IMG/VR virus record: IMGVR_UViG_3300032893_000006
Coordinates: 1 to 64,000 of that record
Length of the DNA: 64,000 bases
Strand: one strand, 5' to 3'
Origin: a virus
Made by a program: the position numbers and the translations under genes. A model generated the notes under the pieces. The model had not been told where the DNA came from, made no database searches, and saw only the letters and a list, made by a program, of their open reading frames with translations. Below, piece after piece: positions 1 to 8,744 of this stretch (its first letter is position 1; every line of letters begins with the position of its first letter).

Positions 1-16
1 GGAAGCAAAAGTTGCG

Positions 17-487
17 ATGGAATTCGCAATTGCTAATCGCCCGATGTACCCTGCAGCTCTCCTTGAAAAACTTGGAGCATATATGGGTGGGGATGGTAAA
101 GACTGGAGAAGTTCGGCTCAGCCTGAATTTTGCCAATGGGTTTGGACTGTGGCCGGATGTCCCAACGGGTACATTCCAAACAATGTGGCGATACGTCTTG
201 ATGATGAAGACGGATTATCGCTGCCGTATTTAGAAACAGCCGACTTGTCAGATATTCGTTACTGCGGCATGTGGCGCGGTAGGACGCAGTCGCAAGAGTA
301 TATGTTGTACTGCATTGTGCCATCTCTTCAGCATGGTCGGATACGACCGGGGGCACCTATCGAAAATGTTGCCGAATTCAAACCGGGTCAGTGCACACAA
401 GAAGAGCTAGAAAATAAAGTTAAGGACGGTTGGGACATTATGCAGCGGATGATCGCCGAAGATGGCCCATATCAGCCAGAAAGCTAA
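17..487 (+). CDS. Hypothetical phage protein, frame open to the window edge so possibly 5'-truncated (possible exonuclease partner of Bet)
   Basis: 156-aa ORF directly upstream of Bet; no upstream in-frame stop within the window. Confidence 0.5.
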   Translation: MEFAIANRPMYPAALLEKLGAYMGGDGKDWRSSAQPEFCQWVWTVAGCPNGYIPNNVAIRLDDEDGLSLPYLETADLSDIRYCGMWRGRTQSQEYMLYCIVPSLQHGRIRPGAPIENVAEFKPGQCTQEELENKVKDGWDIMQRMIAEDGPYQPES

Positions 488-498
488 CGGAGGGGATA

Positions 499-1632
499 AT
501 GTCGGAGTCGAATCTTGCAGTGATGTCGTCACAGCCGACTGCGGTTGTGGTGAGCAACGAGTGGGAGAAACAGCTAGACCTGATCGCCCGGACAGTAGCG
601 CCGGGGCTCAGTCCGGAAGAGTTTCAACTCTTCTGTCACGTCGCACGTGTCCGACATCTGGACCCGCTGCAGCGTCAGATTCACGCAGTGAAGCGCCGCA
701 CTTGGAACAAGCAACTGAACGGCGGCAAGGGTGGCTACGACGAAATGATGACCATCCAGACCGGAATCGATGGGTATCGCGCCATCGCTAATCGAACCGG
801 AACCTACATGCCGTCCGACAAACCTGCCTTAATCGAAGATCAAGGCAAGGACACGATGCGCATCACGATGGGCGTGAAGAAGTTTCACGCGGCTTCTGGG
901 ACATGGCACGAGTTCTCGGCAACGGCCTACTATCGCGAGTTCGTGCAAACGCGCAAGACTGACGACGGCAAGTACGTTCCGAATGCGATGTGGGAGAAGA
1001 TGCCGGTCAACCAGTTGACCAAGTGCGCCGAGGCTCTTGCGCTCCGCAAGGGATGGCCGGAAGAGCTTGGCGGCATCTACGTCGACGAAGAGATGCAGCA
1101 CAACGACAGCCCACAGTACATGCCTCCCGACCCTGCAGCGCCGAAGCAGGACAAGACCAAGCGGGACCTTGGCACCATGAAGCCTTCAATTTCGCCCAAT
1201 CGCGGCCACGGCAACGAAGGAACGGTGCAGGTGGAGAACACGATCTGCGCCGAATGCAGAGGCGTGAACGGCCACAAGGAAGATTGCAAGAATCATCCGA
1301 AGAACAAGGCCAAGACCAGCAAAAAGCCTGAGGGGAAACAGGACCGGCGCGCGGCATGGGTGAATCAGCCGGGGCATGATCCGAAGATTCACATCGGCTT
1401 CGACGACGCGATCCAGTTGTTCGAGTTGCAGCGCGACCTCAAGATCAGCGATGAGGACATGAAGGCGTTTCTCGACAAGAACTTCGAGATTCAACACCGC
1501 TACCTGATTCGCCAAGCCGATTTTCAACTGGTCCTTGACGCACTGCGAAAGGAATACGGCCCGAAGGAGCCGGAGACGGAGACGGTAGCTGACGATGGCA
1601 GCGATCTGGCGGGAATGTTTGACACGCCATAA
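499..1632 (+). CDS. bet: Bet/RecT-family single-strand annealing recombinase
   Basis: Motifs LDPLQRQIH, IQTGIDGYRAIANRTG, WEKMP..QL.KCAEALALRKGWPEELGGIY.DEEM; SD GGAGGGG before ATG 499. Confidence 0.85.
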   Translation: MSESNLAVMSSQPTAVVVSNEWEKQLDLIARTVAPGLSPEEFQLFCHVARVRHLDPLQRQIHAVKRRTWNKQLNGGKGGYDEMMTIQTGIDGYRAIANRTGTYMPSDKPALIEDQGKDTMRITMGVKKFHAASGTWHEFSATAYYREFVQTRKTDDGKYVPNAMWEKMPVNQLTKCAEALALRKGWPEELGGIYVDEEMQHNDSPQYMPPDPAAPKQDKTKRDLGTMKPSISPNRGHGNEGTVQVENTICAECRGVNGHKEDCKNHPKNKAKTSKKPEGKQDRRAAWVNQPGHDPKIHIGFDDAIQLFELQRDLKISDEDMKAFLDKNFEIQHRYLIRQADFQLVLDALRKEYGPKEPETETVADDGSDLAGMFDTP

Positions 1633-1640
1633 GAAAGCAC

Positions 1641-2170
1641 ATGACACGCACACCAAAAACTTGGCTGATCTCCGATACCCACTTCAACCACGACATGCTG
1701 GTGAAACAGGGGTTCGGCCAGCCGACTACCAAGAGCAGATCATCCGGAACTGGCTGCGGCTCGTGCATCAGGATGATCTCGTTTACCACCTCGGCGACGT
1801 GATCTTCGCCAAGGCCGGGACGCTCGGCGAGATTCTGCGCTCCTTGCCGGGGAGAAAGATTCTCATCCGTGGCAATCACGACCGCGAGTCGAATAGCTGG
1901 TACATCCGCCATGGCTTCGATTTCGTCGCTCACGGCGTCTTGACCGGTGGGGTGTGGCTGACCCACGCCCCGCAGGCAACGCTGCCAGACGGGGCAATTG
2001 TGAACGTTCACGGCCATCTCCACGCAGGCACCCACAGGAGCCAGACGACCGCCGACCACTGCAAGCTACTGGCTCTCGAAGTCGACGGCTATTCGCCGGT
2101 CGAGCTTGATGAATTTGTCGGGTTTTCCTCAATGCAGCGGAAAATCCTGATGCCGTACGAGGCAGATTGA
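1641..2170 (+). CDS. Calcineurin-like metallophosphoesterase, split by a 1-nt frameshift at about 1712
   Basis: Frame from ATG 1641 gives WLISDTHFNH; the next frame gives YHLGDV, LIRGNHD, HGHLH. Confidence 0.8.
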
Positions 2171-2184
2171 GAATTTTTGGAGTC

Positions 2185-2213
2185 TTGACATTGCATACTT
2201 GTTGGCTTTCAAT
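2185..2213 (+). promoter_or_regulatory. Candidate sigma70-type promoter
   Basis: TTGACA (2185-2190), 17-nt spacer, TTCAAT (weak -10). Confidence 0.35.
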
Positions 2214-2214
2214 G

Positions 2215-2310
2215 GACTTGGCGTGTCCAGCGCCGGTTCGCTTCTTCCCTCCGAGGGTAAGCGACGATAAGGCCCGATCCACTCCCCCGGTGATCGGGCC
2301 TTTGATTTTT
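2215..2310 (+). ncRNA. Candidate small RNA containing the complement of early-gene ribosome-binding sites
   Basis: Short unit between a promoter-like element and a terminator; contains CCCTCCGAGGG at 2247-2257. Confidence 0.35.
2270..2310 (+). terminator. Rho-independent terminator
   Basis: AGGCCCGATC (2270-2279) pairs with GATCGGGCCT (2292-2301), followed by TTGATTTTT. Confidence 0.7.
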
Positions 2311-2403
2311 CCACAAAACGTGGTTACTTTTCCAATACCCTGCGCTTGAAATACCTCATTAAATGCGCTTTTTATGAACAATCTTTCGGCTATGATTGCG
2401 GAG

Positions 2404-2499
2404 TCGGGCTCGCTACCCGATACCACGCCCGTTGAAAAGTTCCGGGGCCGGTCACAAACTGGCCCCGCGAAACTTATAGGGTGGGGTAGATCAACGGGC
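2404..2499 (+). ncRNA. Structured leader RNA upstream of the replication genes
   Basis: Hairpin TCGGG/CCCGA; enclosing stem GCCCGTTGA (2427-2435)/TCAACGGGC (2491-2499); inner hairpin GGGGCCGGT/ACTGGCCCC. Confidence 0.4.
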
Positions 2500-2561
2500 A
2501 CTCTCCCAACGCAAAAAATGGTTCTTGCGCTGATGGGAAAGCTGCGCCTGTAGGGGGAAAA

Positions 2562-2852
2562 ATGGTGCTGCTAAGGCCAGAGTGTGGCCCCGTGTGTTGT
2601 TGGTATTGTGGCATGGTTCTGGACCTGTCGGTTGGCTGTGTTTGTGCGAAGAATCGGTGGACAAGAGATCATCGGATTCCGCGAAGCCGAGGCGGTGAAC
2701 ACCACGCGCGGAATATGGTTCATGCGTGTGTAGTGTGCAATTCCCGCAAAGGCAATCGAACTGTTGAGGAATATAGGGAGTTTATTGAATCCAAAATCCC
2801 TGCGGAATTGAGAGGTAGCACAAGATTCTCTTTCTGGGCGGAGACACCATAA
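2562..2852 (+). CDS. Small HNH endonuclease
   Basis: CWYC ... [12 protein letters not shown] ... N.VHAC..CN..KG. Confidence 0.8.
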   Translation: MVLLRPECGPVCCWYCGMVLDLSVGCVCAKNRWTRDHRIPRSRGGEHHARNMVHACVVCNSRKGNRTVEEYREFIESKIPAELRGSTRFSFWAETP

Positions 2853-3607
2853 TGGGGAGAATTCGAACTGTGAAACCAGAATTTTTTTCGAGCGAAGATT
2901 TATCTTCTCTCCCTGAGTCCACCCATCTACTCGCGGCGGGACTTCTTTGTTATGCCGACGACGACGGCTACTTCAACGCAAATCCGGGTCTCATTAAAGC
3001 GACAATTTTTCCACTTCGTGAGCCCTCAGTGAGTGTTCCGGAAATGCTCCTGCAACTCGCCAGAATAGACTATGTACTCCTCGGGAAAGGGTCGGATGGT
3101 AAGAGCTATGGAAGGATCACAACCTTCGCCCGACACCAAAGAGTGAGCCATCCAACTCCAAGCAAAATAAGAGGGATGGCGATTGAATGGGATTATTCTC
3201 TGAATACTCATCGAGGACTCATTGAGGGTTCCGTGAATAGTCAGGATATTTTCGTCCCTGAAGGGAAAGGAAAGGAACAGGGAATGGAAGGGAAGGGAGA
3301 GGAGATCACCCCGGGAATGGTCGCGAAAGGGGTGCTTGACGATCTCGCTTTAGCGGGGCGCGATCTTCTCCTGAATTTGGAAAGTGTGGCCGGTGCCGAA
3401 ATGCGTGCTGGCGCGACCGCAGAAAAAACCCGCGATGCGATGATCGCGGCGTGGCGAAAATATGAAAAGGCAAAGCCAAATCTTGAGTATTCAAAAGGGC
3501 CAGCGAAATTTTTTGGAGACGGCGATTGGAGAGACTCTTCGATCTGGCCATACAAAAAGAAAATCAAGGAAGACCCAATGAGCAAGATGAAATTTGTAAA
3601 CAGGTAA
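2852..3607 (+). CDS. Phage replication initiator protein
   Basis: N-terminus [12 protein letters not shown] typical of phage initiators; immediately upstream of DnaB. Confidence 0.7.
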   Translation: MGRIRTVKPEFFSSEDLSSLPESTHLLAAGLLCYADDDGYFNANPGLIKATIFPLREPSVSVPEMLLQLARIDYVLLGKGSDGKSYGRITTFARHQRVSHPTPSKIRGMAIEWDYSLNTHRGLIEGSVNSQDIFVPEGKGKEQGMEGKGEEITPGMVAKGVLDDLALAGRDLLLNLESVAGAEMRAGATAEKTRDAMIAAWRKYEKAKPNLEYSKGPAKFFGDGDWRDSSIWPYKKKIKEDPMSKMKFVNR

Positions 3608-3619
3608 ACGGGGGAAATA

Positions 3620-5068
3620 ATGGCAGACATCGACGACTTCATACTTCCGGACAGTGTGCCGGAGCGCAGAAACGAAAAACAACAAACACAGTCCCTGATG
3701 CTGGCATCTGGACCTCCAGCGAACGTGGATGCGGAGAGAACGATTCTCGGTGCGATTCTTCTGGACAACGAAGCGTACTTAGAAACCTCCGAGACGGTCA
3801 GACCGGACGATTTTTCACTCGATTCCCATCGCCGTATCTTTCTGCGAATGTCGAACCTGATGGATCAGAACCACGTCATCGACATCGTCACACTCGCGAA
3901 CGAACTTTCAAAAAACAAAGAGATCGAGTCGGTCGGTGGTGTCGCTTATCTCGCGTCACTCACCGAAGGTTTGCCACGCCGACCTGTAATAGACGAATAC
4001 ATTCGCATTGTCAAGGACAAATCAACGTTACGCCGGTTGATGGGCCTTGCGAATTCGACGATTGAAAAAGCTGCCGATCAGTCCGAAGATGCGCTGGCAA
4101 TTGCAACGTGGCACGCCGCCGAGCTACAGGAAATCATCGAAGGCGGAGTACATCACGGGCTTGTTCAAGCCTGTGATCTATCGGTCGAGGTTCTCGACCG
4201 ATTCATCGAACAATCAAAACTTCAACAATCTCCGGGGTTCAGCTACGGCATTTCTGACCTCGACGATCAAACCGGTGGTATTCAACCCGGAGAGCAATGC
4301 GTGATCGGTGCGTACTCTAGCGTCGGCAAGACAACGCTCCTCGCGCAGGTCGTCGCCGCCAATTGCCCGAAGGGTCACCCTATGGCACTGTTTCTCTATG
4401 AGCCGACGCGGCACGACTTCCTTCGTAGGCTCTGGTCTATTGTGTCCGGCGTCCGCTACTCTGCCGTGACCAAGCCTTGGACGGCAACCAAGGACGAGAT
4501 CGAAAGGCTCATACGCGCCCAGAGCGAGGTGGCGGAGTGGCCACTTTTCATCAACGACATCAGCAATACCTACCTTGACGAGCAGATTGCGCAGACACGA
4601 ATCGCCATGCATCGCGAGAAGATAGAGCTTACCGCTATCGACTACATCCAGCGGATGAAGATTCGCTCGACCGATAAGTTTGAAGACACAAGGCTCAAGA
4701 TCGGCAGAGCCAGCACCGAGAACGCGAACTTAGTAAAGAACACAAAAAATCGCACAGTGATTCTATCGCAACTGCGTCGCAGCAATCTTGAAGCGGTGCC
4801 GACCATGGACCTTCTGCGCGAGAGCGGACAGATCGAAAACGACGCGGCAACCGTCGTACTACTGCACCTGAAGTTCGATGCAGAGCAGGGCCACTTCACA
4901 AACGAAGGCGCTGCAATCGTCGCCAAGCAGCGGTTCGGAATTCCATGTAACGTTAGTCTTGTGAAAGACCCGCAGACGGCTCTCTGGTGCGCTCCAAAAA
5001 CAAGCTCGACAACATCATCAGAGGGCCTCGGCTACAAGCGGTACGATGACGACGAAGACGCAGCGTAG
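3620..5068 (+). CDS. dnaB: Replicative DNA helicase DnaB
   Basis: N-domain AERTILGAILLD, Walker A GAYSSVGKT, IDYIQ, LSQL, LRESGQIENDA. Confidence 0.9.
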   Translation: MADIDDFILPDSVPERRNEKQQTQSLMLASGPPANVDAERTILGAILLDNEAYLETSETVRPDDFSLDSHRRIFLRMSNLMDQNHVIDIVTLANELSKNKEIESVGGVAYLASLTEGLPRRPVIDEYIRIVKDKSTLRRLMGLANSTIEKAADQSEDALAIATWHAAELQEIIEGGVHHGLVQACDLSVEVLDRFIEQSKLQQSPGFSYGISDLDDQTGGIQPGEQCVIGAYSSVGKTTLLAQVVAANCPKGHPMALFLYEPTRHDFLRRLWSIVSGVRYSAVTKPWTATKDEIERLIRAQSEVAEWPLFINDISNTYLDEQIAQTRIAMHREKIELTAIDYIQRMKIRSTDKFEDTRLKIGRASTENANLVKNTKNRTVILSQLRRSNLEAVPTMDLLRESGQIENDAATVVLLHLKFDAEQGHFTNEGAAIVAKQRFGIPCNVSLVKDPQTALWCAPKTSSTTSSEGLGYKRYDDDEDAA

Positions 5069-5076
5069 GAGGTTTC

Positions 5077-5259
5077 GTGTTCCAGAAATGCAAGAAATGT
5101 GGAAGATGGTTTGGCGACGAAGTTTGCTCGACCATCTGCCCGCATCGCGGCATAGGTTTCTGCGCCGTGTGTGATTGCACAGTGTGTGTCTGCGAGAAAG
5201 AATATTCGCGAGACTGGGAACGAAGTAACAACAGCACGCGAGAAAAAGAGAATGACTAA
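5077..5259 (+). CDS. Small Cys-rich (metal-binding) protein
   Basis: 60 aa with CKKC, C..IC, CAVC, C.VC.C; SD AGGAGG. Confidence 0.6.
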   Translation: MFQKCKKCGRWFGDEVCSTICPHRGIGFCAVCDCTVCVCEKEYSRDWERSNNSTREKEND

Positions 5260-5836
5260 AAGAATTGCACTTACACAGCCAGAGCTTTTGTTCATCGCGA
5301 CAGATGGCTGTGTTGCGGAGTTTTCTTCTGATCGTGTTTATCGTTACACGCTGAGGCGGAGGTGGGAGGACCGCACCGAAAGACATCTCTCTATTGTCTG
5401 GCTGATGTTCAATCCATCAACTGCGGATGAAGTCGAGAACGATCCGACCATTCGCAAGTGCATCGGATTTTCGAGAAGATGGGGATATGAGAAGCTTGTG
5501 ATCTTAAATCTCTATGCGGTCCGAAATTCGGACCCGAGAGTGCTCCGATTCGTTGACGACCCTGTGGGTCCAGAGAATGACGAGTGGATAAGAAAAAGTC
5601 TCACAGAGGCGAGCGAGGTGGTTTGTGCATGGGGATGCGCGCAACACATGCCGACAATCGACGCGAGAATCAAAGATGTGCTGAAGATCGTTGCCGAAAG
5701 CGGTCGTCGGATGGTCTGCCTTGGATATCGCAAGGATCATCACCCACGCCACCCGTTGATGGTCAGCTACGACACACAGAGAATACCGTACAAGATCGTG
5801 AACCCTCCGGGAGAGGACCACAAGGAGGAGTCGTGA
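5252..5836 (+). CDS. DUF1643-family protein
   Basis: YRYTL.R.W, MFNPSTAD...DPTIRKC, NLYA, CAWG, PRHPL. Confidence 0.8.
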   Translation: MTKRIALTQPELLFIATDGCVAEFSSDRVYRYTLRRRWEDRTERHLSIVWLMFNPSTADEVENDPTIRKCIGFSRRWGYEKLVILNLYAVRNSDPRVLRFVDDPVGPENDEWIRKSLTEASEVVCAWGCAQHMPTIDARIKDVLKIVAESGRRMVCLGYRKDHHPRHPLMVSYDTQRIPYKIVNPPGEDHKEES

Positions 5837-6597
5837 ACAACGTTATCGAGATGGTGCCATCAATCGCCCTAGATGAAGCTCAGAGGGAAGAAGTGCTGGC
5901 TTGTGGCCGTCGTATCCGCACTGAAAAGATTGCCCTGCGAAAGTCCAGCATGGCTATCGGAAGAGACGGAGCGTTTATCGAAAACCTCGCTGATCGGGGC
6001 TCATGGGAAGTCTTCGGGTGCCGAAACCAGCACGAGTTCCGCATCGCCGAGGGAATCGGCAGATCGAACTGGTACCGGGTGATCGGGATAGGTCTCAAGT
6101 TCCTTGAGGTTGATCGCGAATCGTACATCGCAATGAGCCTTGAAAATGCCGAGCGTCTTGCCGCTGAGCCACCGGAGGTGCGACACGACAAAGACAATCT
6201 CCAGAAGGCTGCGGAGATGACTGCGGAAGCTTTCGACGACTACATGACAACGCTTGGTGCGCATCGCGAGGGTAGACCCAAGCGCGAGCAGTGGGTGCAG
6301 GTGAAATGGCGTATGAGGGCCGAGCAGCGCAAAGTCATTCAGAGTGCTTTGGAGACATGGAAACAAGAGCACGGGATCGAGGACGATGCGTTCGCGCTTG
6401 AAACGCTTGTCATGGAATATTCTGACCGTCCAACCTTGACTGGGTTTATTCTTGAATCCATTCCCCGGTTGACAGGAACGGTTCGCGAGACAAACGATAT
6501 CGAAACACTGAAAGCATCGCTCGTCGAGTACGTGCAGGAAATGGCAAACATTGTTCGCGTCTGCTGTGGGGAGGTAGAAGAGGAGGAAATTGCGTGA
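5833..6597 (+). CDS. Hypothetical protein
   Basis: GTG start after AGGAGGAG; overlaps both neighbours by 4 nt. Confidence 0.65.
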   Translation: MNNVIEMVPSIALDEAQREEVLACGRRIRTEKIALRKSSMAIGRDGAFIENLADRGSWEVFGCRNQHEFRIAEGIGRSNWYRVIGIGLKFLEVDRESYIAMSLENAERLAAEPPEVRHDKDNLQKAAEMTAEAFDDYMTTLGAHREGRPKREQWVQVKWRMRAEQRKVIQSALETWKQEHGIEDDAFALETLVMEYSDRPTLTGFILESIPRLTGTVRETNDIETLKASLVEYVQEMANIVRVCCGEVEEEEIA

Positions 6598-6857
6598 GTG
6601 AAACAAAAAAGGAAGAAGTGTTGCTGTTTACCGATCCACTCGTAGTCATAGGTGTCGAAAATACGCCGGACGGCAAGATGTTAACTCAAATCAAAGCGAA
6701 TGGATCGCTCACTCCTGCAGGCATGGCACTGATACTCGTTGATATTCTTCGCCACAGCGCAAAAATGTTCAACGTTGACGAAAGCGTTATTTGGGATTGG
6801 GTTGAGCGTGAGCACCTTCATCCGACAACTAAGATTCAAGAGGTCGTTCCGCAGTGA
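6594..6857 (+). CDS. Hypothetical protein
   Basis: 87-aa ORF, translationally coupled. Confidence 0.6.
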   Translation: MSETKKEEVLLFTDPLVVIGVENTPDGKMLTQIKANGSLTPAGMALILVDILRHSAKMFNVDESVIWDWVEREHLHPTTKIQEVVPQ

Positions 6858-6927
6858 GCAATGAAGTAGTCAAGCCGGTGCCTTGATTGCAGTCGGAGAT
6901 TGACAGGCTGCAGCGGAAAGGATAGTC

Positions 6928-7311
6928 GTGAAGATTTGCCAGACACACTGGGAAGAATTGATTAAGGCGCTTGAAGAGCGCGATCTGATGAAGTACGTGG
7001 CGAGCGATTCAAAGAGCGCGATCCAGAGACTTCAAGCGCAGCTTGGCGGCGATGATAGTGATAAAACATTCGAGCCGTTGCTCGGCGCTAACTTCGCCAT
7101 CAAGACGAACTTCCTCGGCGCGGTCGGCTTGGCGTGCTTTGCACCGGATGCACCATGCCCCCTTTGCTTTTTAGATGAAGGAATAAAGAAGGGCTGTGGC
7201 GATCCCAATTGCACACGGCACCATGACAGCGGCAGTGACTGGATACGTTATGCGGCAGACGACCAGCTTAATAAAGCGAGAGAATTAAAGCTCGTGCCAC
7301 CGGTTCAATGA
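6928..7311 (+). CDS. Hypothetical protein
   Basis: 127-aa ORF with CPLC and C...C.H motifs. Confidence 0.6.
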   Translation: MKICQTHWEELIKALEERDLMKYVASDSKSAIQRLQAQLGGDDSDKTFEPLLGANFAIKTNFLGAVGLACFAPDAPCPLCFLDEGIKKGCGDPNCTRHHDSGSDWIRYAADDQLNKARELKLVPPVQ

Positions 7312-7763
7312 GAAGAACTGCCATCAAGCGCAAAACACCATTGCGCTCTAAGAGTCCGAGTTGGATAAAGAAAATTGCCACCTCAAAAAAGAGGAAAACT
7401 ACAGTGAGAGTGGTTCCAAAGTTCCTATGCGATGACGGCGTGTATCGGTATCCAGACGGTCGAGAGGAATGCGAAACCAAGAGCAAGAAGGGCCGCGAGG
7501 AATACGCGCGACGGACTCGTGATATGTGGGAGCGCCAGCACCACATGTGTCGTCTCCAGATTTCGGATCAGTGCAAAGCAAAACGAGGACGGCTCCTGAT
7601 TACAGAGGCGGAGTTTGACCACGAAGATGGCCGGGGAATGGGCGGATCACATAGAGACGACAGGATAGAAGTCAATGGGAAGCCACAAAACGGCGCTGTC
7701 TGTCACTGGTGCAATACTCTCAAAGGATCACGCAGAATCCCTTACCTAGACAGCGTGGATTGA
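7308..7763 (+). CDS. HNH-like protein
   Basis: C.....C, EFDH, N.AVCHWCN..KG pattern. Confidence 0.55.
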   Translation: MRRTAIKRKTPLRSKSPSWIKKIATSKKRKTTVRVVPKFLCDDGVYRYPDGREECETKSKKGREEYARRTRDMWERQHHMCRLQISDQCKAKRGRLLITEAEFDHEDGRGMGGSHRDDRIEVNGKPQNGAVCHWCNTLKGSRRIPYLDSVD

Positions 7764-7777
7764 CGGGCGCAATTTCC

Positions 7778-7807
7778 TTGACACGTCGAGGGGGTCTAGC
7801 GCAGACT
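7778..7807 (+). promoter_or_regulatory. Promoter TTGACA-N18-CAGACT
   Basis: Perfect -35; same architecture and AGCGCAGACT motif at 34652-34681 on the minus strand. Confidence 0.55.
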
Positions 7808-7814
7808 ATCAAAC

Positions 7815-8063
7815 ATGGGCATAGTACCTGAGCAGATCAAGTGCGACCATCCGGGTTGCAACGTCACTCGGCAAGAGGTCAATCACTGGTTTGCAGTTGA
7901 AGTAGATGAGGGGAAAGCGGTGCACATCTACGAATGGGACTATGCTGTGGCGGCGAAGAGGCTGAAGCGTTGCAAACATTTCTGCGGCGCTGCTCACGCT
8001 GTGCATCATATCAGCATGTCGTTAGGTGTAAGGACGTCATCTTCGGAGGAGCAGATTTTATGA
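7815..8063 (+). CDS. Small zinc-binding hypothetical protein
   Basis: CDHPGC ... HFCG.AH. Confidence 0.6.
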   Translation: MGIVPEQIKCDHPGCNVTRQEVNHWFAVEVDEGKAVHIYEWDYAVAAKRLKRCKHFCGAAHAVHHISMSLGVRTSSSEEQIL

Positions 8064-8317
8064 TTATGGAACAAGAGCCTATTCTGGATGAAGGGCAAGT
8101 TCTTTGTGTGCTGGACGAGAGCGGCGACACGCGAATGCAGTGGGATAAAAACGACCCAGTGCAGGTTGCAAAGGCTGAGGCTCGGTTCAACGAACTCAAG
8201 GCCAAGGGCTATCTCGGCTACAGCGTCAACAAAAAAGGCGACATGGGAGAAGTGCTGAGCGCTTTCGATCCCAAGGCCGAGAGAATCATCATGCATACAC
8301 AAATGGTGGGGGGATAG
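8060..8317 (+). CDS. Small protein ending in Gly-Gly (candidate ubiquitin-like), paralog of 23287-23646
   Basis: C-terminus FDPKAERIIMHTQMVGG*; SD GGAGGAG. Confidence 0.65.
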   Translation: MIMEQEPILDEGQVLCVLDESGDTRMQWDKNDPVQVAKAEARFNELKAKGYLGYSVNKKGDMGEVLSAFDPKAERIIMHTQMVGG

Positions 8318-8318
8318 C

Positions 8319-8744
8319 ATGTGTCTTTCATCTGTCATCGAGACGTGCGATCATCCATCCGATGTCATCATCGACGGATGGAAAGAGATCGACGCGAAGA
8401 ATCCGCGCTTCATGTTTAAGCAGAACGGAAGCTACGACATCCCCTTCGATAAGTGGATTACAGCAACAGACGAGCACGCGCCGACTGGCATCAAGGCGAG
8501 CGATGGCCAAACGTACGATCCCGGTTTCCATGCCTACGCCGACGAGAAGGAAGTAGACACAAAGCGTATGCAGCGAGTATTTCTGCGCGGCGTCACCTGC
8601 ATCGGGAAGCAAGGTGGCAAGAGAGCGGTGATTGCTCGCCAGATGTATCTTCCCTCGAAAAATAACGGCTGGCCACCGAAGCCCGATGAGGAAAACAAAT
8701 CGCTCATGGACCGCGTGAAGAACGTCTTGCCGGGGAATGCCTGA
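8319..8744 (+). CDS. Hypothetical phage protein
   Basis: 141-aa ORF, tightly packed. Confidence 0.6.
   Translation: MCLSSVIETCDHPSDVIIDGWKEIDAKNPRFMFKQNGSYDIPFDKWITATDEHAPTGIKASDGQTYDPGFHAYADEKEVDTKRMQRVFLRGVTCIGKQGGKRAVIARQMYLPSKNNGWPPKPDEENKSLMDRVKNVLPGNA

Noticed and set aside
6854-6927. Tiny ORF with an internal TGA, suggesting stop-codon readthrough or recoding
   Set aside because: Only about 23 codons. TGA and TAG terminate many well-defined genes here, so code reassignment is unsupported; more likely a deletion remnant.
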